Below are positions 26,367 through 35,990 of a DNA stretch of 60,176 nt, in pieces. The position numbers and the translations under genes were made by a program. The notes beneath the pieces were generated by a model, which ran no database searches, was not told where the DNA came from, and worked only from the letters and a program-made list of their open reading frames with translations. Location: the NCBI GenBank assembly GCA_036001865.1, contig DASYTX010000096.1, positions 1-60,176 on the forward strand, read 5' to 3'. This DNA is from Terriglobales bacterium. Lineage in GTDB: Bacteria; Acidobacteriota; Terriglobia; Terriglobales; Acidobacteriaceae. How positions within the stretch are numbered: the stretch's first letter is position 1; each line of letters begins with the position of its first letter.

Positions 26367-29039
26367 ATGTCTATGAACACGAAACTCGCAGTTGCGAGAG
26401 AACCGGATCTTGAAGAAATCTCCGAGTGGATTGAGGCTTTCGACCAGATAGTGTGGGAGGAAGGTGCGAATCGGGGGGATCAGCTACTCGAAACCCTTTC
26501 CAGGCGTGCGCGTCAGATCGGGGTGGACGTGCCCGTTCAGTTGAATACCCCCTACGTCAACACCATCCCCGCGGACGAAGAGGAACCCTACCCTGGTGAT
26601 CGCGTGCTCGAGCGACGCATCAAGAGCCTGATTCGCTGGAACGCGCTGGCCATGGTGCATCGCCAGAACAAAAAAGATCCAGGCATCGGCGGCCACATTT
26701 CCACCTACTCTTCGCTGGCGTCGCTGCTAGAGGTCGGCTTCAATCACTTCTTCCGCGCTTCGTACGGGGACCAACCGGGTGATTTCATTTATTTTCAGGG
26801 CCACGGCTCACCGGGCGTGTATGCGCGGGCCTTTCTCGAGGGGCGTCTCACCGAACAGCACCTGCTGAATTTTCGGCATGAGCTGCGGGACACTCCCGGC
26901 CTCTCCTCGTATCCGCACCCCTGGCTGATGCCCGAGTTCTGGCAATTCCCCACCGTCTCCATGGGGCTGGGGCCGATCAATGCCATCTACCAGGCTCGTT
27001 TCATGCGCTACCTGGAGAGCCGAAACATCATTCCCGCGACGCCGCGCAAGGTATGGGCATTCGTGGGCGATGGCGAGACTGACGAACCGGAAGCTATGGG
27101 TTCGCTGACCCTGGGCTCCCGCGAGAAACTGGACAACCTGATCTTCGTAATCAATTGCAACCTCCAGCGCCTGGATGGCCCGGTGCGTGGCAATGGAAAG
27201 ATCATCCAGGAGCTGGAAGCGGCTTTTCGGGGCGCGGGATGGAATGTGATCAAGGTGATCTGGGGCTGCGACTGGGATCCCCTGCTCGAGCGCGATAAAT
27301 CCGGGCTCCTGCTGAAGCGCATGGAAGAGTGCGTTGATGGCGAATACCAGAATCTTAAGGTCAAGGGCGGCGCGTATATCCGCAAGGAGTTCTTCGGAAA
27401 ATATCCCGAGCTGCTGGAGCTCGTGGCGGACATGAGCGATGCCCAGCTTGCCCAGATGCGCCTGGGCGGGCATGACCCGCAAAAGATCTATAACGCCTAC
27501 AAGCGCGCGGTAGAGCACGGGGGTAGGCCGACGGTGATCCTGGCCAAAACGATCAAGGGATATGGCCTCGGGTCGGCAGAGGCGCGCAACGCCACGCATC
27601 AAGAGAAAAAGCTCAATGACGAGTCCCTGACTGCCTTCATCTCCCGCTTCGAAATTCCGATTCCCGAGCAGGCGGCAAAGGAAGGCGCATTCTATCGCCC
27701 ACCGGAAGACAGTCTGGAGATCACCCATCTAAAGGAGCGGAGGCGGCAGCTCGGCGGATACTTGCCTGCGCGACAGGTGCCGGCGAGCCACTTTGTCGCT
27801 CCGCCACTCGAGGAGTTCTCCGAGCCGCTGGGAGGGTCAAAAGGAAGAGCGGTCTCCACCACCATGGCTTTTGTCAGCATGCTGCGACACATGCTGAAAC
27901 ACCCCCAGATCGGCAAGTTGATTGTGCCCATTATTCCCGACGAGGCACGGACATTCGGCATGGAGTCCCTCATCCGCCAAGTGGGAATCTACGCCAGCCA
28001 GGGGCAGCTTTATAAGCCTCACGACCAGGACATGCTGCTCTATTACCGCGAGGCAAAGGACGGGCAGATTCTCGAGGAGGGGATCACCGAAGCGGGATCC
28101 ATGGGCTCGTTCACCGCGGCCGGCACTGCATATTGCAACTATCGGGTGTCGATGATTCCGTTTTTCACCTTCTACTCCATGTTTGGATTCCAGCGGGTCG
28201 GTGACCTGATCTGGGCTTTCGCCGATGCGCGAGGCAAGGGATTCCTATTGGGTGGTACAGCGGGCAGAACAACGCTGGCGGGCGAAGGCTTGCAACACCA
28301 GGACGGGCACAGCATCGTGCTCTCGAGCACGGTTCCGACCTGTGCTACTTACGATCCGGCTTTCGCGTATGAACTCGCCGTCATCATCCAGGACGGCATC
28401 CGTCGCATGTATCAGGAGGGTGAAGACATCTTCTACTACATCACGCTCTATAACGAAACCTACGCAATGCCGGAAATGCCAGAGGGCTGCTGCCAGGGTA
28501 TTCTTCGCGGTATTTACAAATACAAAGCGGCCGCTGGCGGCAAAGCGACGGTCCAACTGTTCGGCAGCGGTCCGATCCTGAATGAGGCGCTGCGTGCGCA
28601 GAGCATTCTGGCCGAGAAATACTCGGTGCAGGCGGACGTGTGGAGCGTGACCAGCTACAACCAGCTTCGTCGTGAGGCAATCGCGACCGAGCGCTGGAAC
28701 CGGCTGCATCCGGCCGAACCTGAAAGGCGGCCTTATATCCTGAATGCACTCGATGGAGCCGAGGGACCGATTGTCGCGGCCACCGACTACATGAAGGCTG
28801 TGCCGGACCAGCTTGCGCCCTGGCTGGCAGGCCGGCTGGTAACCCTGGGGACTGATGGCTTCGGACGCAGCGACAATCGCGAGTACTTAAGGCGGCACTT
28901 TGAAGTGAACGCGGAATCGATCGCCGCGGCGGCACTGTCGCGTCTGGCCCGGGAAAGCAACTTCGATGTGGGCCGGACGAAAAAAGCGTTCCAGGAACTC
29001 GGCGTGGACGCTGAGAAAATCGACCCGGTCCAGGCTTGA
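26367..29039 (+). CDS. aceE: pyruvate dehydrogenase E1 component, homodimeric type
   Basis: The 890 aa protein contains ..GGHISTYSS.. and the ThDP motif GDGETDEPE..NCNLQRLDG, with ..GTDGFGRSD at the C-terminus. Confidence 0.93.
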   Translation: MSMNTKLAVAREPDLEEISEWIEAFDQIVWEEGANRGDQLLETLSRRARQIGVDVPVQLNTPYVNTIPADEEEPYPGDRVLERRIKSLIRWNALAMVHRQNKKDPGIGGHISTYSSLASLLEVGFNHFFRASYGDQPGDFIYFQGHGSPGVYARAFLEGRLTEQHLLNFRHELRDTPGLSSYPHPWLMPEFWQFPTVSMGLGPINAIYQARFMRYLESRNIIPATPRKVWAFVGDGETDEPEAMGSLTLGSREKLDNLIFVINCNLQRLDGPVRGNGKIIQELEAAFRGAGWNVIKVIWGCDWDPLLERDKSGLLLKRMEECVDGEYQNLKVKGGAYIRKEFFGKYPELLELVADMSDAQLAQMRLGGHDPQKIYNAYKRAVEHGGRPTVILAKTIKGYGLGSAEARNATHQEKKLNDESLTAFISRFEIPIPEQAAKEGAFYRPPEDSLEITHLKERRRQLGGYLPARQVPASHFVAPPLEEFSEPLGGSKGRAVSTTMAFVSMLRHMLKHPQIGKLIVPIIPDEARTFGMESLIRQVGIYASQGQLYKPHDQDMLLYYREAKDGQILEEGITEAGSMGSFTAAGTAYCNYRVSMIPFFTFYSMFGFQRVGDLIWAFADARGKGFLLGGTAGRTTLAGEGLQHQDGHSIVLSSTVPTCATYDPAFAYELAVIIQDGIRRMYQEGEDIFYYITLYNETYAMPEMPEGCCQGILRGIYKYKAAAGGKATVQLFGSGPILNEALRAQSILAEKYSVQADVWSVTSYNQLRREAIATERWNRLHPAEPERRPYILNALDGAEGPIVAATDYMKAVPDQLAPWLAGRLVTLGTDGFGRSDNREYLRRHFEVNAESIAAAALSRLARESNFDVGRTKKAFQELGVDAEKIDPVQA

Positions 29040-29133
29040 GAAACTACGCCATAACGTTCCATACCAGGGTCTCCGGACAAGCTTCCCGACAGGGGGTGCT
29101 ATCAACTACTTTCGTCAAGCTCTTGAAAGCAAA

Positions 29134-29210
29134 TGGCGGGGACGACGGGACTCGAACCCGCGACCTCTGCCGTGACAGGGCAGCGTTCTAACCAACTGAA
29201 CTACGTCCCC
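29134..29210 (-). tRNA. tRNA-Asp (anticodon GTC)
   Basis: The reverse complement is GGGGACGTAGTTCAGTTGGTTAGAACGCTGCCCTGTCACGGCAGAGGTCGCGGGTTCGAGTCCCGTCGTCCCCGCCA. It folds as a cloverleaf with anticodon loop CTGTCAC, and the CCA is encoded. Confidence 0.95.
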
Positions 29211-29237
29211 GCGCGCCGGTGAAGCGGCGGTAAGGCA

Positions 29238-29314
29238 TGGTGGGCAGTGAAGGACTCGAACCTTCGACCTCGTGCTTGTAAGGCACGCGCTCTAACCAGC
29301 TGAGCTAACCGCCC
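29238..29314 (-). tRNA. tRNA-Val (anticodon TAC)
   Basis: The reverse complement is GGGCGGTTAGCTCAGCTGGTTAGAGCGCGTGCCTTACAAGCACGAGGTCGAAGGTTCGAGTCCTTCACTGCCCACCA. The anticodon loop is TTACAAG, and the CCA is encoded. Confidence 0.95.
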
Positions 29315-29569
29315 CGTTTGAGGGGTACTCGCTGAGCGCGACCCGCTCCTATTCGCAGTATAACAGGTCTCATTGTTCCTGCCGATGCCGCCCTCCGCCA
29401 AGATTTTGGCCGCGTAAATGCTAGTGCCGGCAGGGGTTCACGAATTTTTCCGCGCGCGTGGGCATCCCTTTCCCCCATCTCGGAAACCAAGAAAAAGACT
29501 GGCAGCACAGACCAATGCTGCGGGCCTGACCCGTAGGCAATCCTCTCCGCGCGTGGAGGCCCTTTCCAA

Positions 29570-29953
29570 ATGCGAACCATCCTCTTTGTCGACGACCATG
29601 AAGTCCTGGCCCGCCTGAGCTGCGAGATCCTGGAGATGCATGGTTACCGCGCCGTTTCCGCCTACAACGGCGAAGATGCCCTCCGGAAATTCGACCAGCA
29701 GGACTTCGATATCCTGGTGACCGACTTCCGCATGGAAGGAATGAATGGGCTGGAGCTGGCCCGGGAAATCCACGCGCGCAGCCCACACACGCCGGTTATT
29801 ATCGTTACTGGCTATGGCCCGGTTGATGGCGGCAAGGACATAGTCGCCTGCCTACAGAAACAAGAACTCTTCCCCGCCCTGCTGGAAAAGATCAAGTACT
29901 TCCTCGAGGAAGCCGATAGGGCCAGGATGGAACGCCATCAGCCGGTGGCGTAG
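29570..29953 (+). CDS. single-domain response regulator (CheY-like receiver)
   Basis: TILFVDDHE..FDILVTDFRMEGMNG..PVIIVTGY..LQKQ is a receiver domain. No output domain is present. Confidence 0.85.
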   Translation: MRTILFVDDHEVLARLSCEILEMHGYRAVSAYNGEDALRKFDQQDFDILVTDFRMEGMNGLELAREIHARSPHTPVIIVTGYGPVDGGKDIVACLQKQELFPALLEKIKYFLEEADRARMERHQPVA

Positions 29954-29961
29954 ATCAGCTG

Positions 29962-30057
29962 CTAGCTTCCTAGTTCCTAGCCTCTAACTTCGCTGCGCCC
30001 AGCATGACAATCACCTGGCACTTGGCAACCTGATAGCTGACGGCTGATGGCCGTTGG
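29962..30057. repeat. intergenic block built from three different short tandem heptamer arrays
   Basis: The three arrays are CTAGCTTC CTAGTTC CTAGCCT CTAACTT (29962-29990), CACCTGG CACTTGG CAACCTG (30012-30032) and CTGATAG CTGACGG CTGATGG CCGTTGG (30030-30057). Confidence 0.7.
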
Positions 30058-30072
30058 CTCTACACTGGCCCA

Positions 30073-30996
30073 GTGCGGCGGCTGATTATCAACGCCGATG
30101 ATTTCGGTCTCACCCCCGGCGTCAATCGTGCCATTCTCGAAGCCCACGGCAGCGGCGTAGTCTCCTCCGCCACGATGATGGCCAATGGGCCAGCAGTGGA
30201 AGACGCTATTCGGCTGGCGCGCCGCGCCGAGGGGCTGAGCCTCGGCTGCCACGTGGTACTGATTGATGGTCGGCCCGTGCTGCCGCCCAACCAGATTCAG
30301 ACGCTGACCGTCCGCAACGGCGCGCCACGCTTCCGTGAACGCTGGCTGGACTTCTTCGCCGCGGTAATCCGTGGGCAGATCTCCTCGGATGAGATCCTAG
30401 CCGAGGCCAGTGCGCAGATCACCAAGCTCCAGGGTGCCGGCCTCAGGCTGTCCCACTTCGATACGCACAAGCACACGCACATCCTGCCCGTGATCGCCCG
30501 GCCGTTGCTGCGGGCGGCCAAGGCATGCGGAATCCATGCAGTGCGCAACCCTTTCGCGCCCCTGAAGCCACTCGCGTTCTCGCATCTGGTGCGGCGGCCG
30601 CGGCTGTGGTCGCGCTACACCGAGGTGCGGGTGCTCCGCCGGTTCAGCGAGCGTTTCTGCGAAATGGTCGAGACCGAAAGCATGGTGACCACCGACGGCA
30701 CCTTCGGCATCGTGATCACTGGGTCGCTGGACGAGAGGTTGTTCGCCGCTATCGCCGGTTGCATTCCGGAAGGCACCTGGGAACTGGTGTGCCACCCCGG
30801 GTATTGCGACGACGATCTGCGCCGCGCCGGAACCCGGCTGCGCGAGTCGCGCCCCGCGGAGTTAAGGGTGCTGACGTCGCCGGCGGCCCGGCAAGCGCTC
30901 GAACATTGCGGAATAGAGGTGATCTCGTATTGGGACTTGCCTGCGGCGACCGTGAGTGTCACAACCAGCTCCGTATCGAGCGGCCTGCCCGGTTGA
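30073..30996 (+). CDS. YdjC/ChbG/HpnK-family carbohydrate deacetylase
   Basis: The family N-terminal signature LIINADDFGLTPGVNRAILEAHGSGVVSSATMMANG is present, followed by ..LGCHVVL.. and ..HFDTHKHTH. The start codon is GTG. Confidence 0.8.
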   Translation: MRRLIINADDFGLTPGVNRAILEAHGSGVVSSATMMANGPAVEDAIRLARRAEGLSLGCHVVLIDGRPVLPPNQIQTLTVRNGAPRFRERWLDFFAAVIRGQISSDEILAEASAQITKLQGAGLRLSHFDTHKHTHILPVIARPLLRAAKACGIHAVRNPFAPLKPLAFSHLVRRPRLWSRYTEVRVLRRFSERFCEMVETESMVTTDGTFGIVITGSLDERLFAAIAGCIPEGTWELVCHPGYCDDDLRRAGTRLRESRPAELRVLTSPAARQALEHCGIEVISYWDLPAATVSVTTSSVSSGLPG

Positions 30997-31036
30997 ATCC
31001 TGCAGCGGCCAGCGCCATCCAATGACCTCAGCGGCT

Positions 31037-32173
31037 ATGAAGATTGGGATCACCTGCTATCCGACTTACGGCGGCAGTGGTGTTGTGGCCACCGAGCTGG
31101 GGATGGAGCTCGCGCAGCGCGAGCACCAGGTCCACTTCATCTCTTACAAACCTCCCATTCGTCTGGACACCAGCCACCCCAACATCCACTTCCACGAAGT
31201 TGACGTCTCCAACTACCCCCTGTTCGAGTATCCGCCCTACGATCTGGCATTGGCCACGCGCATGGCCGAGGTAGCGGAGATGTATGCGCTCGACTTGCTG
31301 CACGTGCACTACGCCATCCCACATTCGGTCAGCGCCATGCTTGCCCGGCAGATGCTGGCGGCCTCGGGGCGAAAGCTGCCATTCGTCACCACCCTGCACG
31401 GCACCGACATCACCCTGGTGGGTGCCGACCGCTCATACCTTCCCATAACGCGCTTTTCCATCGAGCAGAGCGACGGCGTCACGGCCATCTCCAACTACCT
31501 TCGCGACCGCACCCTGCAGGTGTTCGAGACCCGTAACCCCATCCAGGTGATCTACAACTTTGTCAACTGCGACATCTACCGGCGCGATCCCGAACTGAAG
31601 CGCCGACGCCGCGAGTATGCCGAAGCGGGCGAGCGCATTCTTGTGCATCTGTCGAACTTCCGCCCGGTGAAGCGGCTGGCGGACGTGATTGAGATCTTCG
31701 ATCGGGTGCGGAAAGAGCTTCCCTCCCGCCTGCTGCTGATTGGCGACGGCCCGGAGCGCTCCACCGCCGAATGGCTGGTCCGCCGCAAGGGCATGCAAGA
31801 TCGGGTTAGCTTCCTCGGCAAGCAGGACCGGGTCTATGAGAAGCTGGCCATTGCCGACCTGATGTTGCTACCCAGCCAACTGGAATCTTTTGGATTGGCG
31901 GTGCTGGAAGCCATGGCCTGCGAAGTTCCATCGGTAGCGACGCGCGTGGGCGGCATACCCGAAGTCGTCGAAGATGGCAAGACCGGGATGCTAGCCGAGG
32001 TCGGAGACGTGGACGCCATGGCCGGCTACGCCCTTGATCTGCTGAGCGACGAAAAGCGCCTGAGGGAAATGGGCACGCACGCGCGCCTCGCGGCGCAGAC
32101 CCACTTTTGCAGCACCAAGATCATCCCCCAGTACGAGCAGTTCTACCGCTGCGTGCTGGAGCGGGCGGAGTAA
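31037..32173 (+). CDS. bshA: GT4 glycosyltransferase, BshA-like (N-acetyl-alpha-D-glucosaminyl L-malate synthase)
   Basis: [37 protein letters not shown] closely matches the BshA N-terminus I recall. The E-x7-E region reads ..[21 protein letters not shown] prefer the ATG at 31037 over the track start at 30956. Confidence 0.8.
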   Translation: MKIGITCYPTYGGSGVVATELGMELAQREHQVHFISYKPPIRLDTSHPNIHFHEVDVSNYPLFEYPPYDLALATRMAEVAEMYALDLLHVHYAIPHSVSAMLARQMLAASGRKLPFVTTLHGTDITLVGADRSYLPITRFSIEQSDGVTAISNYLRDRTLQVFETRNPIQVIYNFVNCDIYRRDPELKRRRREYAEAGERILVHLSNFRPVKRLADVIEIFDRVRKELPSRLLLIGDGPERSTAEWLVRRKGMQDRVSFLGKQDRVYEKLAIADLMLLPSQLESFGLAVLEAMACEVPSVATRVGGIPEVVEDGKTGMLAEVGDVDAMAGYALDLLSDEKRLREMGTHARLAAQTHFCSTKIIPQYEQFYRCVLERAE

Positions 32174-33498
32174 GCCACGCCAGAGGCCGTTTCCACATGG
32201 CCGTCGCTCGAATCCAGAATCGGTACCTGTATGGTGACGCGAGTGCCGCGTCCATCGGCGTTCGAGACGATCATGCTGGCGGCCTCCCCATACAGCACCT
32301 TCAGGCGCTCGGCCACGTTCGACATACCGATGCCGGTGCTAGGCACCACTCCAGCTACTTCGCCGGAGACACTCATCCCCACGCCATCGTCCTGCACCTC
32401 GATCACCAAGTTGGCGCCAGCGAGGCGGCTGCGCAAGTTGATGCTGCCGCCCTCGATCTTGGGCGAGAGGCCGTGCTTGATGGAGTTCTCGATCAGCGGC
32501 TGTAGGAGCATGCTGGGCACAATCAGGTCGAGGGTAGCGGGATCAAGTTGCTTGACCACGCGCAGCTTGTCACGCCCGAAGCGCACCACCTCGATGTCCA
32601 GATAGTCGTCGATAAACTCCAACTCGTCGCGCAGGCGGACGAAGGTGTCGCTCTTGCGCAGGATGCGCCGCAGAATGTTGGCCAGCTTGACGATGAGAAC
32701 CCGCGCCATATCCGGGTCGAATCGTACCAACGAGGCAATGGAGTTCAGGGTATTGAAGAGGAAGTGCGGGTTTACCTGGCTCTGCAGCGCCTCCAGGCGC
32801 GCGTGCAGCAGCAGCCGCTCCTGCTGTTCCAGCTTCATCTCGATGCGGGTGTTATTCCAGATCTTCAGCGGGATGGCGACCGCGGCAACGGCAGTGCCGT
32901 AAACTGCGAACCACGTGCCCCAAGTAGGCGTGGGCAGGTAGAACAGCAGCCCGGGAAACCTGCTCCCCAGCTCCTGCCGCAAGAACTGCATGGCCAAGAT
33001 CACCAGGAAGAAAGTCGTCTGCCAGTCCAGGCGGGGATGGGGAATGTGCCTGCGGATCCAGCGGTAGATACTCAAATCCACAAACGGGGTGAAAGACCAG
33101 ATTTCCTCCTTGTCCTGGGCCATCTTGCGCAATACGCCCGCCAGCAGGCCGGAAGCCAGATAGAACGGCAGCGCCAAATATTCTCCGTTGAAGGTTGCCG
33201 GGGCACCCAGCATGGCCGCCCCCAGCGCTCCCGCCAACGGCCCGCCGATGACGCCGATCAGTATGGCGCTCTCGAAGGCCACGTCAGCGGCCAGGAAGTT
33301 GCGAACCCCCACGCGCACCACGACGCCAAGGGCAAAAGGCACGGAGATAAGCAGGACCAGGTGGATGACCTGTGCCAGGCTGCGCTCTTCGCGAAAAACC
33401 AGTTGCTTAAAATAGCGGGATCGGACAAGAGCGCTGGCAACGGCCGCAGCCACGCCCAGCTTGATCAGCAGGGTAACGAGGATGAACTTCGAGTCCAC
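32143..33498 (-). CDS. LytS/YehU-type sensor histidine kinase (5TM-LytS sensor, His_kinase, HATPase)
   Basis: A polytopic N-terminus is followed by QVNPHFLFNTLNSIASL (the LytS-type H box) and then LLQPLIENSIKHG and EVQDDGVGM. The start is uncertain (GTG 33498 or 33522). The 3' end overlaps bshA convergently by 31 nt. Confidence 0.8.
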   Translation of the reverse strand: MDSKFILVTLLIKLGVAAAVASALVRSRYFKQLVFREERSLAQVIHLVLLISVPFALGVVVRVGVRNFLAADVAFESAILIGVIGGPLAGALGAAMLGAPATFNGEYLALPFYLASGLLAGVLRKMAQDKEEIWSFTPFVDLSIYRWIRRHIPHPRLDWQTTFFLVILAMQFLRQELGSRFPGLLFYLPTPTWGTWFAVYGTAVAAVAIPLKIWNNTRIEMKLEQQERLLLHARLEALQSQVNPHFLFNTLNSIASLVRFDPDMARVLIVKLANILRRILRKSDTFVRLRDELEFIDDYLDIEVVRFGRDKLRVVKQLDPATLDLIVPSMLLQPLIENSIKHGLSPKIEGGSINLRSRLAGANLVIEVQDDGVGMSVSGEVAGVVPSTGIGMSNVAERLKVLYGEAASMIVSNADGRGTRVTIQVPILDSSDGHVETASGVAYSARSSTQR

Positions 33499-33540
33499 GG
33501 CGGACGTGCGTAACTCTAGCACGGCAGCGGCGGCGGCTGC

Positions 33541-34206
33541 ATGCCGTGCCTCCAGGCCGGCAATAGCTTCGCGGCTATAATCAGCGCAGTGGATCACGGT
33601 TACGAAATCCGCAAAGTGGCCGAAGCCGACTTCCCCACGCGCTGGGGACAGTTCCGCATCCTGGGCTTCGAAGGCTACGACCAGACAGGATCGGAGCGCC
33701 GGATGGAGACAGCGGTTGCCCTGGTGACCGGTGACATCCGGGCTGCGCCTCCTCTGGTGCGCGTGCATTCCCAATGCCTCACCGGCGACGTCTTCGGCTC
33801 CCTGCGCTGCGACTGCCGGCAGCAATTGGAAATGGCGCTGTCTCTGATTGCTTCTGCCGGCGCCGGCATCTTGGTATACGAGCAGCAGGAGGGCCGCGGC
33901 ATCGGTCTGATGGCCAAGCTCCAGGCCTACGAACTGCAGGACAAGGGCATGGACACAGTCCAGGCCAACCTGGAACTCGGCTTCAAGCCTGACCAGCGCG
34001 AGTTCTCACTGCCGGCCGCAGTGCTGAAATCACTGGGCGTGCACCAAGTGCGCCTGCTCTCCAACAATCCCGAGAAGGTGCAGGCGCTCGAGAACGCCGG
34101 CGTGAAGGTGGTGGAGCGTGTGCCCTGCGAGGTCGAGCCTCACTCCGAGGCCGCCGCTTACCTGAAGGCCAAGAAAGAAAAGCTGGGACACTTGTTCAGC
34201 CGCTAA
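33541..34206 (+). CDS. ribA: GTP cyclohydrolase II
   Basis: KVAEADFPTRWGQFRILGFE..VRVHSQCLTGDVFGSLRCDCRQQL..YEQQEGRGIGL are the RibA Zn and GTP motifs. The start may be further downstream (GTG near 33591). Confidence 0.85.
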   Translation: MPCLQAGNSFAAIISAVDHGYEIRKVAEADFPTRWGQFRILGFEGYDQTGSERRMETAVALVTGDIRAAPPLVRVHSQCLTGDVFGSLRCDCRQQLEMALSLIASAGAGILVYEQQEGRGIGLMAKLQAYELQDKGMDTVQANLELGFKPDQREFSLPAAVLKSLGVHQVRLLSNNPEKVQALENAGVKVVERVPCEVEPHSEAAAYLKAKKEKLGHLFSR

Positions 34207-34215
34207 CTGTTCCCG

Positions 34216-35064
34216 TCAACGCAGAATTTTCTCCACCGCCTTGCGATTTCGCACGGGTAGCGTGTGCAAGGCGGAGCGTGCCAGCGCCACATAAGCCTGG
34301 CGCGCGCCTGGCACCCTGCGCAGAGCGTCGAGGTGCCGGCGAATGGTATTGAGGTCGGCGCGCGTGATAGGTCCGCTGAAGGCGGCGGCCGCGCCGCGCC
34401 CGAGGTAGTTCTCAATTGTCCGTCGCACGATGGGATGCATGATGGCGGCGGCCTGGCGCGCGGGAATACCGGCGGCTTGCGCCACACGCTCAGCAGTGGC
34501 CAGGGCAGCGATCACCATGGGCGATGAAAAGGAGCCCACCGAGTGGTACAGGACCTTGGCGTCCTTCCTCAGGGTAAATACACTTCCCTTCAGAGCACGC
34601 GCAATGCGACGGGCCGTGCGTACCGCCGCGGGATCGCCCTCCACAGCAAAAGCGACTCCTGCCAGCGAGGGCGCTGTTCCGCGGACGAAGGTCATCATGG
34701 GGTGAAGCGAAGCCACTGCAGCGCCGCGCCGGCGCAGGGACGCCAGTTCATCGCTGGTCAAAGCGCCGCTCGAGTGCAAGGCAATCTTGCCACGCCACTT
34801 GGCGCCCGCCGACAACGAGCGGGCGGCGGACGCTATGGCGTCATCGGTGACGCAGAACCAAATAACATCGGCCTCGAGCCGCGCCTTCTCCAAAGTCACA
34901 ACCCGTGCCTCAACTTGGCGCGCGAGTCGCCGGGCGCGTTGGCGGGAGCTGGCTGCATTGCGAGCCACGATCTCATCGATGCGATAGCCGGCCGCCTTCA
35001 GCGCCGGAGCCAAGGCTGCGGCAAGATTGCCGGAACCGACGAGCGCGATGGAAGTTGACGTCAA
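34216..35064 (-). CDS. Rossmann-fold NAD(P)-binding protein with a DUF2520-like C-terminal domain
   Basis: IALVGSGNLAAALAPALKAAGY is a dinucleotide-binding motif. The C-terminal ..FSGPITRAD..I..HL pattern matches DUF2520 as I recall it. The start codon is TTG. Confidence 0.65.
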   Translation of the reverse strand: MTSTSIALVGSGNLAAALAPALKAAGYRIDEIVARNAASSRQRARRLARQVEARVVTLEKARLEADVIWFCVTDDAIASAARSLSAGAKWRGKIALHSSGALTSDELASLRRRGAAVASLHPMMTFVRGTAPSLAGVAFAVEGDPAAVRTARRIARALKGSVFTLRKDAKVLYHSVGSFSSPMVIAALATAERVAQAAGIPARQAAAIMHPIVRRTIENYLGRGAAAAFSGPITRADLNTIRRHLDALRRVPGARQAYVALARSALHTLPVRNRKAVEKILR

Positions 35065-35131
35065 ATGCCAATCTCACCTATGAACAAACGCCTCCCGTTC
35101 ACCCCGGACCGTTCATTTATATTTGCTTCCC

Positions 35132-35728
35132 ATGCGAAAAGCGACCAAGTCGCGCAGCCAAGCCCGGGTGATCTCTTCTAAAACTGTGTTTCGCGGTCCG
35201 ATCTTCTATGTGACCTCCGAGCAAGTGCGGGAGCCGGGTGGCGTGGTGGTGCGGCGCGACATCGTGCATCACCCCGGGTCGGTCGTTGTACTGGCGATCG
35301 ATGAAAGCCTCGGCGATCCGCGCGTCCTGCTGGCGCGGCAGTATCGTCATGCGGTGCGCGACTATCTCTGGGAGCTGCCCGCGGGCCGCATCGACCGAGG
35401 GGAGTCCCCGTTGGAAGCGGCGCGGCGGGAGCTGCTAGAGGAGACCGGCTACACCGCCGCGCACTGGAAGAGGGCGGTCACGTTCTACTCTAGCCCCGGC
35501 TTTCTGGACGAGACCATGGCCATCTACTTGGCTCGCGGCTTGAAACGTGGCAAGGCCCAACCGGAAGAAGATGAGGTGATCGCAAAGCGCTTTTTCCCGC
35601 TGAGCTCAGCACTGCGCATGACACTCAACGGCACCATTCGCGATGCCAAGACGATGATCGGAATCCTGTGGCTGGAGCGGAGGCTGCGCCGCACGCGGCG
35701 CCCGATCCGCGGAAACCAGCGCCGCTAG
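35132..35728 (+). CDS. NUDIX hydrolase, ADP-ribose pyrophosphatase-like
   Basis: The Nudix box reads AGRIDRGESPLEAARRELLEETGY, and the N-terminal beta domain contains ..VFRGPIF.. Confidence 0.8.
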   Translation: MRKATKSRSQARVISSKTVFRGPIFYVTSEQVREPGGVVVRRDIVHHPGSVVVLAIDESLGDPRVLLARQYRHAVRDYLWELPAGRIDRGESPLEAARRELLEETGYTAAHWKRAVTFYSSPGFLDETMAIYLARGLKRGKAQPEEDEVIAKRFFPLSSALRMTLNGTIRDAKTMIGILWLERRLRRTRRPIRGNQRR

Positions 35729-35783
35729 CGGGTTCGATGGGCCTTACTACGGAAAAGCCTATCGCCTCGCGACGGTTACTATC

Positions 35784-35813
35784 TTGACAACTCTCCTGGA
35801 ACACAAGTAGATT
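35784..35813 (+). promoter_or_regulatory. candidate sigma70 promoter of the cold-shock gene, implying a 5' UTR of about 170 nt
   Basis: TTGACA (35784-35789), an 18-nt spacer and TAGATT (35808-35813). The csp start is at 35991. Confidence 0.35.
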
Positions 35814-35990
35814 CCATAGAAGGCAGCAACAGGTTTCCCAGACGTTCCAGCCAGATCAGGGTGGCGGAACGGCTCTTCCCGTTTCCTCCCGCGGCTCACG
35901 GCGTCGATTACCTGCTTGAGGCAAAGTTAGGGTACGACCGTCGCCCGGCCACCGTTCGCCGGCGCGGCCCCTGAAAGAACCGGAGGAAAG

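Noticed and set aside
32548-33513. A 321-aa plus-strand ORF overlapping the LytS-type kinase
   Set aside because: It is antisense to a well-supported kinase gene and is Arg/Gln/Gly/Asp-rich and low-complexity. This is a typical shadow ORF of a high-GC genome.
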